Of a DNA stretch of 56,163 nucleotides, positions 28,598 to 40,233 are shown piece after piece. The notes beneath the pieces were generated by a model. The model saw only the letters and a program-made list of their open reading frames with translations. It made no database searches and had not been told where the DNA came from. This stretch comes from Chromera velia (taxonomy: Eukaryota). Within the stretch, counting starts at the first letter, position 1; every line of letters begins with the position of its first letter. The position numbers and the translations under genes were made by a program. The stretch lies in assembly GCA_018398765.1 (NCBI GenBank), contig JAHBMJ010000131.1:1-56163 (forward strand), read 5' to 3'.

Positions 28598-29257
28598 GTG
28601 TGTGTGTGTGTATGTGTGTGTCTCCCACCTTCTCTCTCTTTGTTTTTTTTCTTTGCGCCCAACGCAGGTTGCACCTTCAGAGATAGAATCGGACTCTTCT
28701 GCCGTAATGTCTGCAGTCAACGCAGAGGGAAGACGACGAAAAAGAATCAAAAAGAGGAAAGGAAAGAAACAGAGATGCAGTGAGAGAAAAAAACGAGAAG
28801 GGCGTTTGCTTGCCTCGGCTTGCCCTGAGTCTGATTGCTACTGGGATGTTAGTAGATGTTAGCTCGGGACTGAGCGGGGCGGAGCGGGGATTCTGAATCA
28901 GGAGGATCCTTGTCTGAGAGCGATATATTTCTTTCTCTTCGAAGGCAGGAAGCGGTGGCCAATTGAAAAACCGCGTTGGGATGGGGCTTCAGGGCAGCAA
29001 AAATGGCGCAAAATGACGCAAAGAGTTCTTTCTGAGCACTACATAGAACCAGAGTGTTCAATTTTTCCTACAATTTTATTATCTTTGTCATAGCAATTAA
29101 ACTTTACTTTAAAAATTAAGATACGTACATCTTCAAAAACTTTTTTAGTATTTTACTGAATGATTGCCGACTTTTGCCCAGCACCGAAGGCGCTAGGCCG
29201 AAATTTGCCTAAAGTTGAAAGTTCAAAACATCAGTTGGGTCATGGTATCCCGGGGGC
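26689..29257. mobile_element. 2.57 kb Mutator-like (MULE) non-autonomous element with intron-containing cargo
   Basis: Perfect 10-bp TSD ACAAAGCTTT (26679-26688, 29258-29267). TIR ACCTCCGGGATACCTTGACCC vs reverse complement GCCCCCGGGATACCATGACCC. Subterminal GCCGACTTTTGCC and GCGCCGAAGGCGC repeats at both ends. Confidence 0.85.
27280..28045 (+). repeat. (AGTC)n/(AGTG)n compound microsatellite inside the MULE cargo
   Basis: Directly visible. Confidence 0.95.
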
Positions 29258-30834
29258 ACAAAGCTTTCTAAAATAGTGCAAAAATCCGCATGTTACAGTC
29301 TGACAGTCAATGCGGAGGGGATTGGGGGTAAGTGTCTATATGTATAAAAACTGGGGCTACCCCTACGGCTACCCGGAAAAATAGGATTCGTTATGGAAAT
29401 TAAGACTCGAAAGAAGTTAAATTTTGGATTTGGCTTTAGAAATTAACGCTTTGTCAGATTCTGTTTAATCCTAGGTTTGATCATAGAAGAGGTCGATTAC
29501 TATCGATTGGACATTGATAAATTTACCATCACCATGTATATATACTAATTTTGAAAGTTGATGCTTATAGTTGAAGAAAGTTGAAGTTCATATTTGAACC
29601 CGAAGTAACCTGAAGCATCCCAAAAGATTTTCTTAAAAGTATTATTAAAGTGATTAGAGAGGTGAGATATAGGGTGAAATCACTATAGTGAGATCACTTC
29701 TAGGATTCCTTGTACTTTGCAGTGCATTAACTCAAAAACTAAGTTCAACTCTAGGCTTTAGCTTCAAGTCAGTCGGCAAGGCTATATCCACAGCTATATA
29801 GGCACTGCATAATGGACATTAAATATGACTATTTATATAATCTTTTATTAAATCTGTCACTAGATCTGTTAATGACTGTCATAATAAGTTATTGAAAGCT
29901 TTCTGCATGCCACTGCCGCACTGCGGCCACTGGCAGTGCATGTAAGGTATACTTTATTATATAGTTCATTACTAGGTTCATTAACGTATACACTGGGTTT
30001 AAGATAGTATAATATATGCTAAAGAATGTTCGGTGGAATATTGTGATGATCAGTGCTTTTTTATTTAAATTTGTATACTGTATCCCAATCGATTATCTAG
30101 TCGATTAATTATTATAGATTATTATCGATATATGAGAGGTGGATCTGGCCTAATCTGTCAAATCCTTGGTGAAATGTCTGGAAAAAAAGTCTAGTTACCA
30201 GACAATGCGGCCGCTAGTATGGCTGGGACATTTTGATCTACCTTTTTGCACAAAAAATCAACTTATAATTTTAAAAAGGTCTGGTTAGTCGATCTCAAGA
30301 AGCGATATAGTGCTCTTGGGCATGGTGCCCCCAGCTAGGGCACCCCTAAATATCCCTAAATCATTGTGTCACCGACTCTATGATAGATTCACACTACAAT
30401 TTCACAGTCACTGCCAGTGTATATAAAACTGAAAATTTATGTAGAAAGCGGGTTTAAAGCACTCATAGAAGCAAACATTAACTTGTAAAGCTCTTTAACA
30501 TTTTTTAAATTTTCTTTTCTCAACTATGAAAAACGTCCGGTTGTGCCAGTGAAAAATACTTGAAAAAATGGTTAAGGATTTGTTATAATAATTTCATGCT
30601 AGATTTCATGCATAAGGTATGGTTTAGGATTTGTCTTGTAGAAGTTTTTATATTTTCATAAATTGTAATTCTACCTGTTAAGCCTACAACCCATCCCTCC
30701 ATGTCGATCCTTTGTCCTCCTCCTAGGTTTGTGCACATCTTTGACAGCGGGATCCTAGCTGGCATATTGATGAAACAGATATCATCATGATATCATCATC
30801 TTATCCCTTCTCCAGTTTCTTCTCTCCTCCTTGT

Positions 30835-31182
30835 TCAACCCGCGCCCTCGCCTTGTCCTTCCTGAACTCCTTGTGTCGGCATCCCTTTCTCAGCTTCCCC
30901 ATTCACCCGATTGCGTTTCACCATCTGATCCATCTCCCCGGCTGCAGGGCTCGCACCTGACTCTGCTTTTCTCTTCAAAAGAGGTGAAGTCTCTGGAGCG
31001 ACCTGTGGAGCCTGTGCAGAGACCTGTGGAGCCTGTGCAGAGACCTGTGGAGCCTTTGAAGAGACCTGTGGAGCCTTTGAAGAGACCTGTGGGGCCTTTG
31101 AAGAGGCCTGTGGGGCCGTCCGTGTGCGCCCAGAACCGTTTGTGCAAGGAGGATGGACGGAAAGAACGGACAAGAGGTGCAA
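30835..31182 (-). CDS. Probable terminal exon with a 7-aa repeat (APQVSSK/APQVSAQ); gene assignment unclear
   Basis: A 21-bp tandem repeat at about 30993-31115 keeps frame, and the ORF continues ...PLLKRKAESGASPAAGEMDQMVKRNRV...*. Confidence 0.4.
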   Translation of the reverse strand: MHLLSVLSVHPPCTNGSGRTRTAPQASSKAPQVSSKAPQVSSKAPQVSAQAPQVSAQAPQVAPETSPLLKRKAESGASPAAGEMDQMVKRNRVNGEAEKGMPTQGVQEGQGEGAG

Positions 31183-31404
31183 TTACATGAGCACCGACAT
31201 CGGATAAATTGCTGCCAGCTATTTCGTTTCTCTTCACTCTTCAGTGTGATCATTGAGTAGAGTAGAGTAGCAGCTTTATAGACACAAAGCAGCTTTGCCG
31301 TGAAACGCTGCAGAAGAGCGCGCAGCCCTTCCAGCCCCCCGATCAGTCTCGATGATAAAGACTGATTCTGCAAGCCAGATCTGTTGCCCTGCTTCTCTCC
31401 GGCC

Positions 31405-31966
31405 CTGCTGCACAATTCTCTTTTCTCCTCTCCCGCTGCTGCACAATTCTCTTTTCTCCTCTCCCGCTGCAGCACAATTCTCTTTTCTCCTCTCCCGCTG
31501 CTGCACAATTCTCTTTTCTCCTCTCCCTCTGCTGCACAATTATCTTTTCTCCTCTCGCGCTGCTGGACAATTCTCTTTTCTCTTCTCGCGCTGCTGCACA
31601 ATTCTCTTTTCTTCCCTCCCGCTGCTGCACAATTCTCTTTTTTCCCCTCCCTCTGCTGCACAATTCTCTTTTCTCCTCTCCCGCTGCTGCACAATTCTCT
31701 TTTCTCCTCTCCCGCTGCTGATCAATCCTCTTTTCTCCTCTCCCGCTGCTGAACAATTGTCTTTTCTCCTCTCCCACAGCTGAACAATTGTCTTTTCTTC
31801 CCTCCCGCCGCTACACAATTCTCTTTTCTCCTCTCCCGCTGTTGATCAATCCTCTTTTCTCCTCTCCCGCTGCTGCACAATTCTCTTTTCTCCTCCCCCG
31901 CTGCTGATCAATCCTCTTTTCTCCTCTCCCGCTGCTGAACAATCCACTTTTCTCCCCTCCCGCTGC
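31405..31966 (+). repeat. 31-bp minisatellite, about 18 units (CTGCACAATTCTCTTTTCTCCTCTCCCGCTG)
   Basis: Period 31 measured between 31408 and 31439. Units are contiguous with no spacers. Confidence 0.92.
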
Positions 31967-33597
31967 CGTATGTTTCTCTTTTCTCTGACTTGTGCCGTGT
32001 CGCACTGTTCCGCTGCCCCCCTTGTGTTCTCTGAGACCTGTTTGTCTTGCATAGCCAACGGATTCACAGATGTGACATGGGAGAAGTTTCAGTAGAAGGC
32101 GCCGTGCTTCTACTGATGCGTCCCCACGAAGCGTCTGCGTCTTGGAACGTTTCTACGGCGCTGCGTCTAATCGATCGAAGACTTTGGTATATTTGCTTCA
32201 GGAGAGATTCAAAAGAAAGACTGGATGCAAAAGCGCTGATCGTCATTGACCGGAAGTCCTTCGATCCACTTTGGGACAAACAAAACGACTATTTTTGTGG
32301 GGAGACTAGAGAAGGGACACATGCAAATCTGGAAGGGTTCGGCTCTTTGAGAAGAGAACAAAACCACTTCTTGCAATGACCCTCCAAGCTCCCGGAAGAG
32401 AGACGCTTCAGACCAAACATATGAATACTGTCGCAAAAACTGATGCAAGACAAAAAGTGAGAACTAGAGAGAGGTGTACAGGGCCTTTCTCTTGTTTCAA
32501 GTGTTCTTCTGTTGCTTGAAGTTCTCCCTTCCGTCCTCCCTTCCTCCCTCCGTTCCTGCATGAATGCATGCATGCCTCCTCCCCCTCCCCCCGCCCTTCC
32601 TTTCTTCCTTCTTCCGTTGCTTGCTTGCTGGATTGTTTAAAATTTCTGCCCCCCTTCACCACCCATTTCCTTTCCGATCCTTTTCTTTGTCCTGTACCCT
32701 TTCACTCAGCTTGCGTCCCTTCCTCAATGTAGATATGCAACTCTAGTGTCAGACACTCAGTCTAGCTCTCACCGGTCGAGTTTGTTCGGGTTCTTCGAGT
32801 TGAACATTTTCTTGGTCTCAAGAAGGTCGTCTGCAGACAGATGTCATACAGAACACCTTTTAATTTACAAGAAGCGACAAGTCGGTGATTTTCAAAATTG
32901 ATGAAGTGCTTCTTCATGCATCAAGGTGAATAATATTCCTTCGATAGCTCGCAGTTTTTCGCAGTCAGAGTGAGAGATCCAGGAGTCCCCATTATGAAGC
33001 GACTGTCAGTGCGGGACGTACTGCGTGTATGTATGTGATCTGGCTCTTGTTTAGGTGACGTCTTCCTTCTCATTTCATCGAAACAGACAGTCATCCAAAT
33101 TCGACCGTATTCCTCCGACTCATGCAGTGGTTCGTCATGCTCCTTTTCGTTGTTGCTCGCTGAGTTGGCTCCATACACAAACGCACCAAAGAGAATTCCG
33201 AGGGCGTGATTTTTGAGCTGCTCTATGAACTCCTTTCCTTTCCTTTCCTTTTCCCTTCACGAGGACCCTGAGATCTGCGCTGTCAAGCAGGGCATCCTCA
33301 AGAGCTTCAAACCCGAAAATCTCCTCCAGTTCACTTTCTGCAGCAGTTGCATCAAGTTCGGATAGATACAGCGGAGACATGAGTCCATTAGCATGCAAGA
33401 GCAGTGCGAAATTTTCTTTTGCTCATTTCAGGCAGACAGAGAGTTCGACAACGCATGCAGACAGACAAAGGGCTGGACGGGTGGGACGTAAACGGACTGA
33501 AGCATACACTTTTTTTGCGCATCTCTTCATCTGGGGGGGGGCAGTCACACGCACATGCACCGGTGAGAGCTAGACTGAGTGGATGACACTAGAGTTG

Positions 33598-33884
33598 AGA
33601 AGAAATCAAAAAGGAGCTGACGACAAAGCGAGCTGATCTGATGGGATGCAACAGCAGAGGGGGTGGAGGCACTTGAAAAGATTGCGTTTCTTCTGAAGGG
33701 GCTCCTGGAGGAAAAGCCCGAGGATCACCGGTCGCTCCAAACCTGTATCGAGCACAAGTTCTTCGCAATCCGAGACCCGGCAAAGCTGAACCTCACTTTC
33801 CTGGAGCAAGACGAGTCTCTGAAGAATGTACTCACTCTGTACGATGCAGTTGGACCCACCAGGCGTCTCGTCCGGGAACGTTAG
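33598..33884 (+). pseudogene. Inverted, frameshifted fragment of a paralogous kinase C-lobe
   Basis: VEALEKIAFLLKGLLEEKPEDHRSLQTCIEHKFFAIRDPAKLNLTF (+) aligns with VEALEEIAFLPEGLLQEKPEDRLSLEACIQHKFFRVRDLQKLNLTF (-). Confidence 0.85.
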
Positions 33885-35631
33885 GTTCAGCTTCTGCAGG
33901 TCTCGGACTCTGAAGAATTTGTGCTGGATGCAGGCTTCGAGCGACAGGCGGTCCTCCGGTTTTTCTTGCAGAAGCCCCTCGGGGAGAAATGCAATCTCTT
34001 CAAGTGCTTCCACCCCCTCTGATGATGCCATCAGATCAGCTCGCTTTCTCGTTAGCATGTTTTTGATTTCTTCTTTCTTGTTTTCCTTCCTCCGGACCCA
34101 CTCTCGCACTGCTTGAACCCCCCCTTCAGGCATTGGTGACTCACCCAAACACATTTCTGCAAGCACACAGCCAAAAGCCCATGAATCTAGCGGCTGTCCT
34201 TCACACTTTCCCCCCTCGAACACCTCTGGAGCCCTGTATCTTTCATTCTGGATTCCGCCGGTTGGAGCCTCCGCCTTTTTGACCTGGAAGCTTCGGGCCA
34301 TGCCAAAGTCAATAAGTCTCACGAAACCCTGTTTGTCTAGGACCACGTTGTTAGGTTTCTGCAAGGATAGACGGAGAAGAGGAGGGTGCAGGAGGAGCTT
34401 GAGTGGATTTGCCACACCTGCACGAGAGGATCCCTCATTTGCACAGAGAAAACAGTTAAACGGGGCTGGGGAGTGGGGCAGAAAGGAAGTACAAATGCAG
34501 AAACAAAAGCTGAGGGCTGCCTGCAGGCAATGGCTCCATGAATGACAGTCCAAGCAGACAAAAAGGCGAAAGTATTGGGTCAGACATGGAGATAGAAATG
34601 AACGGAAGCAAGTGGCATGACGAGGGGCGACGAAGAGAAATTAATTCAAACAGAAAGACAGGCGGAGAGACAGACAGACAAGGAAAGGTGAGGTGGCCAA
34701 ACCGCAAGCTTGATGCAAAACGCAAACACAATCCACCCACCACGTCCCTGTGGATAATTCCCTTCTTGTGGCAGGAGACAAGAGCATGTCCCAGCATGCC
34801 CGCCTTCACTCGAATCTGCAGTTCAAGAAAAGTGCCATCCATGCATTGCTTGAGATACGTCTCGAGAGCTATTCTTTGTATTACACTTGTCTCAATGAAC
34901 TGATAGAAATTATGAACGGCTGGGGTCATCGTGTTCGGGTGCGCTCAGCATGCAATTGGCGGACTGACATACCAGAATGTCACAATGAGTCTCTTTGGGA
35001 AAAAACGGAATTCTCATTTCGTTTCTTGACTCCACGAAAGTCGAGGCTTTGAATCATGACCGGAAGAATTAAAGAATCATTGTGCTTCCACTTCTCTGAC
35101 CCTTCTAAGTGACCACAGAGGTCCGTTCAACGACTCCCAGGCCGTGACGCCACCATCCTCCAGAACCAGAAACCTGCAGACGAAATGGGTGAAAATGAAG
35201 TGAAGTAGACGGTTCGCATCGAGAGGCTTGCAACTCTTTTTCATTCGAAGTGTTGCTCGCATGTTGTGTTGCCTGAAATGTTGCTTGACATAAATATTGA
35301 CTGACACGTCGAGGCAGCCAAAGTCGGGGACCCGTCCATCTGCCAGGAGAGGGATTTCTGAGAGCCGTCGAATAGCTTGAAAGCCCCCGTGTTCTTTCTC
35401 CATACAGATGAAGTAGTCTAAGATCTTTCCGACAGTGGGGACACTCCGCACGTGATACAGACTTCTTACTTCTCTCAAAGACATTTTTGCCCGTTGCACG
35501 TTCGTGAAAGCTCCTCTGATTCTCTTCAAAATAACATGCCCCATGCCCCCCTTCAGTGCTGCTTTGAACGCCGTCCCGTAAGAGCCTTTGCCCACCCTCT
35601 GCAGCGGTACGTTCCAGTCAATTGTGTCCAT
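33606..35631 (-). CDS. CMGC/MAPK-like Ser/Thr protein kinase; exons 35631-35306, 35173-35101, 34815-34741, 34358-33606
   Basis: Motifs GKGSYG, VILK, AFTNVQRAKMSLREV, DVFLVLE, HRDVKPNN, IDFGMAR, RYRAPE and DSWAFGCVLAEM are joined by in-phase GT-AG introns. The true 3' end is uncertain. Confidence 0.88.
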
Positions 35632-36405
35632 TTGCAGACTTCACGAAATGTTCGACAGGATCGAATGAGCGCAAGATCGATGTGCTTTGGGCTGTCCGCT
35701 GTGTACAAATCAAGGCAAACCAGAGAGCTTCAGTGTCTGACTCTTACCCGAAAGCCACAACCCTGATCGCGGGGTCAGCCGGACTGGGTATGCGGTATCA
35801 TGTTTATGCACACTCAATTTGAAGAAGGTGAGGATTGGTAGATTCAGAGGTATCGCAGACTCCTGAAATGAAAGTCACGGACGATACGTACAGAGACAGT
35901 ATTTTCGTCTTGATGTGCATCTGTAAATGTATAGAGGGCTCTCCAGGGTATGTATGGGGCTCATACTGCAAAAGTCTGCCAAAAGACAACAGATCGAATC
36001 AAGCGAAAAAAAAGAGAGCAAATTAATTAATTAATGCAATTAATACATGCAGATGCATGCACGTATAGGTACACGTATATATATATATATATATATATAC
36101 GCATGCAATGGCCCCGGAGGGCGGAGCGTGGCTTGGAGCGTGTTCGCACGGAGCTCCCGTACGGGGGGCACTTACACCGCGCGAAGATCGACTTATTGCA
36201 GAACCGAATGCATTTAAAATTATGATATTTAAAACGGGGAAAGTGCATGCATGGCTCTTAAAAATTAAACGCTCATTAAAAATTTAAGCAATTTTGAGTG
36301 AATTTTGAGTTTCTGGCGGATTTTGAGTTTTTAAATTTTCTTTTCAGTTTTCCGCACACCGTGGTTAGCCAGAGCCTAAGTAGTGGCTCACCAGCTTTAA
36401 CCACC

Positions 36406-36700
36406 TCAATTCAATTCAATTCAATTACAGATCATAAGATTTAGATCATACATGGCCCTACAGAGGGCAGAACTTAGAATTAATATATTCTGTCTGGAGC
36501 TTTTAGAGTTGCGAACAAAACGCTTAGCTCTATAACTGGAGGTACATTTTGAATGCAGTGTCTGTAACTTTAACCCAAGAATCAATCTATTGTTCGTGCG
36601 CATTTTTGCGTGAAAAGCAAAAGTGGACTTTGTGCATCCTTGCCTAGGTCCTCGTGGAGGGTAGCTCGGGTAAATCCGAAGCCATAAGAAGCGATAAGAA
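36406..36700 (-). mobile_element. Possible 3' terminus of another non-LTR element with a (TTGAA)n tail
   Basis: A minus-strand open frame (36421-36603, extendable upstream) ends directly at a (TCAAT)4 repeat. No diagnostic domain is seen. Confidence 0.3.
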
Positions 36701-37022
36701 GTATCGGAAATAATATGGATTTTTTTTTTAAAAAATTATTTTTAGAGGCATTGACTTAAAGTTTATTCCTAGCGTCTGGCCTATACGTCTTTCATCTCTT
36801 CCTTCTGTCCTGGTTACTGCTCTTGCTGCTAGCTCTCTCTCTCATACGACCTTATACTTGATGCTCCTCCATCTGAATGCCTTCTTTGGTATTTGCAAAT
36901 TCACATAAAAATTTTATGTAAACCTGATTTTGAAGTAATAGTGTACAAATAAACTTTTCTGTTTAACTTACTGGTATTAATGCAAAAAACTACAAGTTAA
37001 ATGATAGTAATAGTAGTTTAAT

Positions 37023-38981
37023 CAGCTTGGCTTCAGACAGGGGGTAGGGACAAGGGAGGCCTTCACTGCTCTATCTTCATTAATTCTCAGCTCTAAAAAC
37101 AAGAAGAGCCCTCTGATTGCCGCGTTTGTTGATTTCAGCAAGGCGTTTGATACAGTTCCTCGGGTCAAAGTGTTAGAGAGGCTCAGGGAGGAAGGGGTAA
37201 GCCAAGCCAATGTTTGGATGATTCATTCGATGTATAGTCAGGTGAAGGCTCGGGTGGATGGGGCAACAGAATGCTTTCCAGAAGGCGGAGGAGTGAAACA
37301 AGGCGATCTTCTCTCTCCTCTCCTCTTTCTTCTTTTCATCAACAATCTACATAAGTCTGTCAGCTCCGATAATGAAAACAGGAATCAAAGCTCGGCTGGG
37401 GATACTGATAGAGAGACTCCTATCAGACTGTGTAACGTTTTAATCGAAAGCATCGGGTACGCTGACGACCTTGTTCTGTTTGCCCACAGTGCTTCAGACT
37501 TGCAGAAAAGTCTGTCTCGCCTCGAGAACTATTGTAAGGAGCACGGCCTGAAGGTGAATTTAAAAAAAATAAAAGTTATGCGTCTCTCCTCCCCCCATCC
37601 CGACCTAGTGCCCCGGACCCCTTTTTTTTATGAACTTCAAGGCAGACCAGTGGAAGCGGTGAGTAAATATAAGTATTTGGGCAACTGGGTTTTTGAGGGC
37701 GGGGACCTTAGCAAGACAGTCGAAGCCCGCATTGAGGTGGCAAAGAAGGCACTGGGGGCTGTGTTTGGTACTCTCTCTTCTTTGGGCTTTGTTTCTTCCT
37801 TTTCTAAAATTACTTTGTTCAAGGCCTTCTGGCTGCCAGTTATGCTGTATGGACTGGAAACGATCCCGCTGAGAAAGACAGATATTGCTTGCCTCGATGC
37901 TTTACAATTAGGTTTTGTTCGATGTTGTTTTGGTCTTTTTTATCACTCCTTTGTTTTGCCTTCCCTTCTCTTTCTCTCTCTTGAGCCATTTAGTTCTCTA
38001 CTTGGTAAGCTGAGTGGGGGCTTCATCCAATGCATCAAATCGATCGACCGTGCTCTACCCCGGGCAGTGTGGAATGAGTGCTTGGCTGGCTTGTGCGAAC
38101 CTTTCGTTAAGACAGTAAAATGGCTGGCCGTTCCATTAGATTGCTCCCTTTTATGGCATCCATTGCCAAGCACAGTGGGGGATAAGTTTAAAAAAAAGGG
38201 CAAGGATAGAAGGAAAAGGGCGGTGAAAAAGATCGTGGAGGGTACCTGGCTGTCCGACTGGTTGAAAAAAGAAACTAGGAATGTTAGAGACAGAGACAGA
38301 ATTTTCCCCCGCCTTGCAGATCTCTCCCCTTTCCAGTCAGAGAATCCAACCAGACAGCGTTTGGCCATACACCTTCTGTGTGAAAGGAAATGGCGTCCGA
38401 GAAGTGAAATAATAGAGTGCAGTGTTGAACCTCTGCCAAAGAGTCTGCTGCAGTCCTCTGCAGGCTTCCGTACGCTTTTTAGGGCTCTCACAGGGGGGGA
38501 TATAGATAGAACCCAACCAGAACGGCTGTGCAATAAATGTTTGTCCCCCTCACGTATGATCAAAGATGAGGTTCATGTCCTGACGGAGTGTAAAGACACA
38601 GAAAGGGAACGGAACAGGCTGAAAGAACTGTACGAAATTGTGAAGCAGAAAGCGCCCATTGACATAAGAATACAGATTGCACAACGCGTTGCAGGTGCAA
38701 CCGGGAGGGGCACTTCTAATAATGAGAAGAAAATGAAGGATATGGTGTTGCTGTTGTATACAATTCTGCCTAGAAGCGGTTCCAAAGCTATAGCCGACTG
38801 TCTCAAGAAGGTCCATTCTGTCGATAAGGCAAGTTGAGGCGAATCGATCCGATTGGTATGCAGGCTTCCTCATCTCCCCCCCCCATGAATGTGTGCTCTG
38901 GGTTGTCCTCAAAGCCTTGCTAGTGGCTTGGGATTTGGCGTCGCTAAATCTAGGATTTAACCCTCAATCATCATCATCATC
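37023..38981 (+). mobile_element. 5'-truncated LINE, family A: RT plus C-terminal CCHC and an (ATC)n tail (RTE/RTEX-like)
   Basis: Open frame 37023-38837: QLGFRQG, FVDFSKAFDTV, GVKQGDLLSPLLF, YADD, YKYLG, CNKC...EVHVLTEC. The 3' UTR ends in CAATCATCATCATCATC. Confidence 0.95.
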
Positions 38982-39002
38982 AGACTTATGCATTGCATAA
39001 TA

Positions 39003-39514
39003 CCCTGCAGATAGCTAGGATTTTGAAGGATTTTAGCCCAAGATTTTAGCGGATTTTACGGGATTTTGGCCAGGATTTTAGCGAATTTAGGCGGATTTTG
39101 CCCAGGATTCCCAGGATTCTGCCAGACTATTTCTCCAGGATTTTAGAATCTAAAATCCTGGCTCTAAGGATTATAAAGACTAAAATCCTAGATTCTATGA
39201 TTTTAGAAATGAATGCCAGGATTTTACGAGATTTTACGGGATTTTACAAGATTATAAAAATCCCGTAAAATGCCGTATAATTCCGTAAAATCCCGTATAA
39301 TCCCGTAAAATCCTCGGAAGGGGCTAGGATTTTAGCTTTCTTTCAGGATTTTAGATTCTAAAATCCTAGGTATACGAATTATATTTTTAACGTTAAAAGT
39401 CCGGCAGAATCCTGGGCAGAATCCGCCAAAATCCGCTAAAATCCTGGCCAAAATCCCGTAGAATCCGCTAAAATCCTGGGTTAAAATCCCGCAAAATCCT
39501 GGCTACCTACAGGG
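39003..39514. mobile_element. 512-bp foldback MITE with TIRs of about 105 bp built from GGATTTT modules; TA TSD
   Basis: Ends CCCTGCAGATAGCTAGGATTTT / AAAATCCTGGCTACCTACAGGG. TA at 39001-39002 and 39515-39516. It interrupts the LINE-B terminal motif (GCATAA-TA-GTCTATAGACCG). Confidence 0.92.
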
Positions 39515-39556
39515 TAGTCTATAGACCGATTAATAAATTATAATAATAATAATCAT

Positions 39557-39809
39557 CTAAGCACCGGCTAGAAAAAAAAAAAAAAAAGATCCTCGAAAAC
39601 CCTTTACTTTTTTTCTTTTTTTTTTCCTGTATCAGTCAAACAACTGTTGTTCAAGTGTTGTACAAGTGTTGTTTGTGTGTTGCCTAGTGTTGCACAACTG
39701 TTGTTAAGCGTTGTTCAGGGATAAAAAGTAAAAAAAAAAAGAAAAAAAAAAAGATCTCTTCAAATCGCTTATTTTTTTTTCTTTTTTTTTTTCTCTAGCC
39801 GGCGCCTAG
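39557..39809. mobile_element. 253-bp CTAG-terminated MITE (copy 2)
   Basis: TIR CTAAGCACCGGCTAGA / TCTAGCCGGCGCCTAG. Perfect 8-bp TSD ATAATCAT (39549-39556, 39810-39817). Confidence 0.93.
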
Positions 39810-40233
39810 ATAATCATAATAATAATAATAATGATGATGATGGTTTGGTAAAGGGGCAATACAGCATTGTCCTAGACATTATCCTAGTAGTTATAAGATA
39901 ATTTAATATTACAGCTTATATGCATGATAATAGCATGCATGCTTTATTTACATTTTTTCTGTAGATAGTAGATACCCTAATAGATACCAGCAGCTGCAGC
40001 AAATTGCCAGCAATCACTCTCAGCTATTTTCATCAATTAATTTTTGTCATCCTAGGGTGATGATGATGCGATGATGTCCTAGACTCATAATAGCCTAGTA
40101 ATAATAATAATAATAATAATAATGATAAAGCAGGGGCAAAGGGGCAATAAAGCATTGTCCTAGACTCATACATTGCATGATGGCCTATAGACCGATTAAT
40201 AATAATGATTAATAATGATGATGATGATGATGA

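Noticed and set aside
29290..30790. AT-rich block that looks TE-derived, including ORF 30583-30765 (GWVVGLTGRI) reminiscent of an RLE tail
   Set aside because: No matching termini or TSD found, and the motif is too short to call.
31405..31966. CRISPR-like array (31-bp repeats)
   Set aside because: Units are contiguous with no unique spacers, there are no cas genes, and the context is eukaryotic.
39883..40055. A fifth CTAG-bounded insertion
   Set aside because: TIR similarity is weak and there is no 8-bp TSD.
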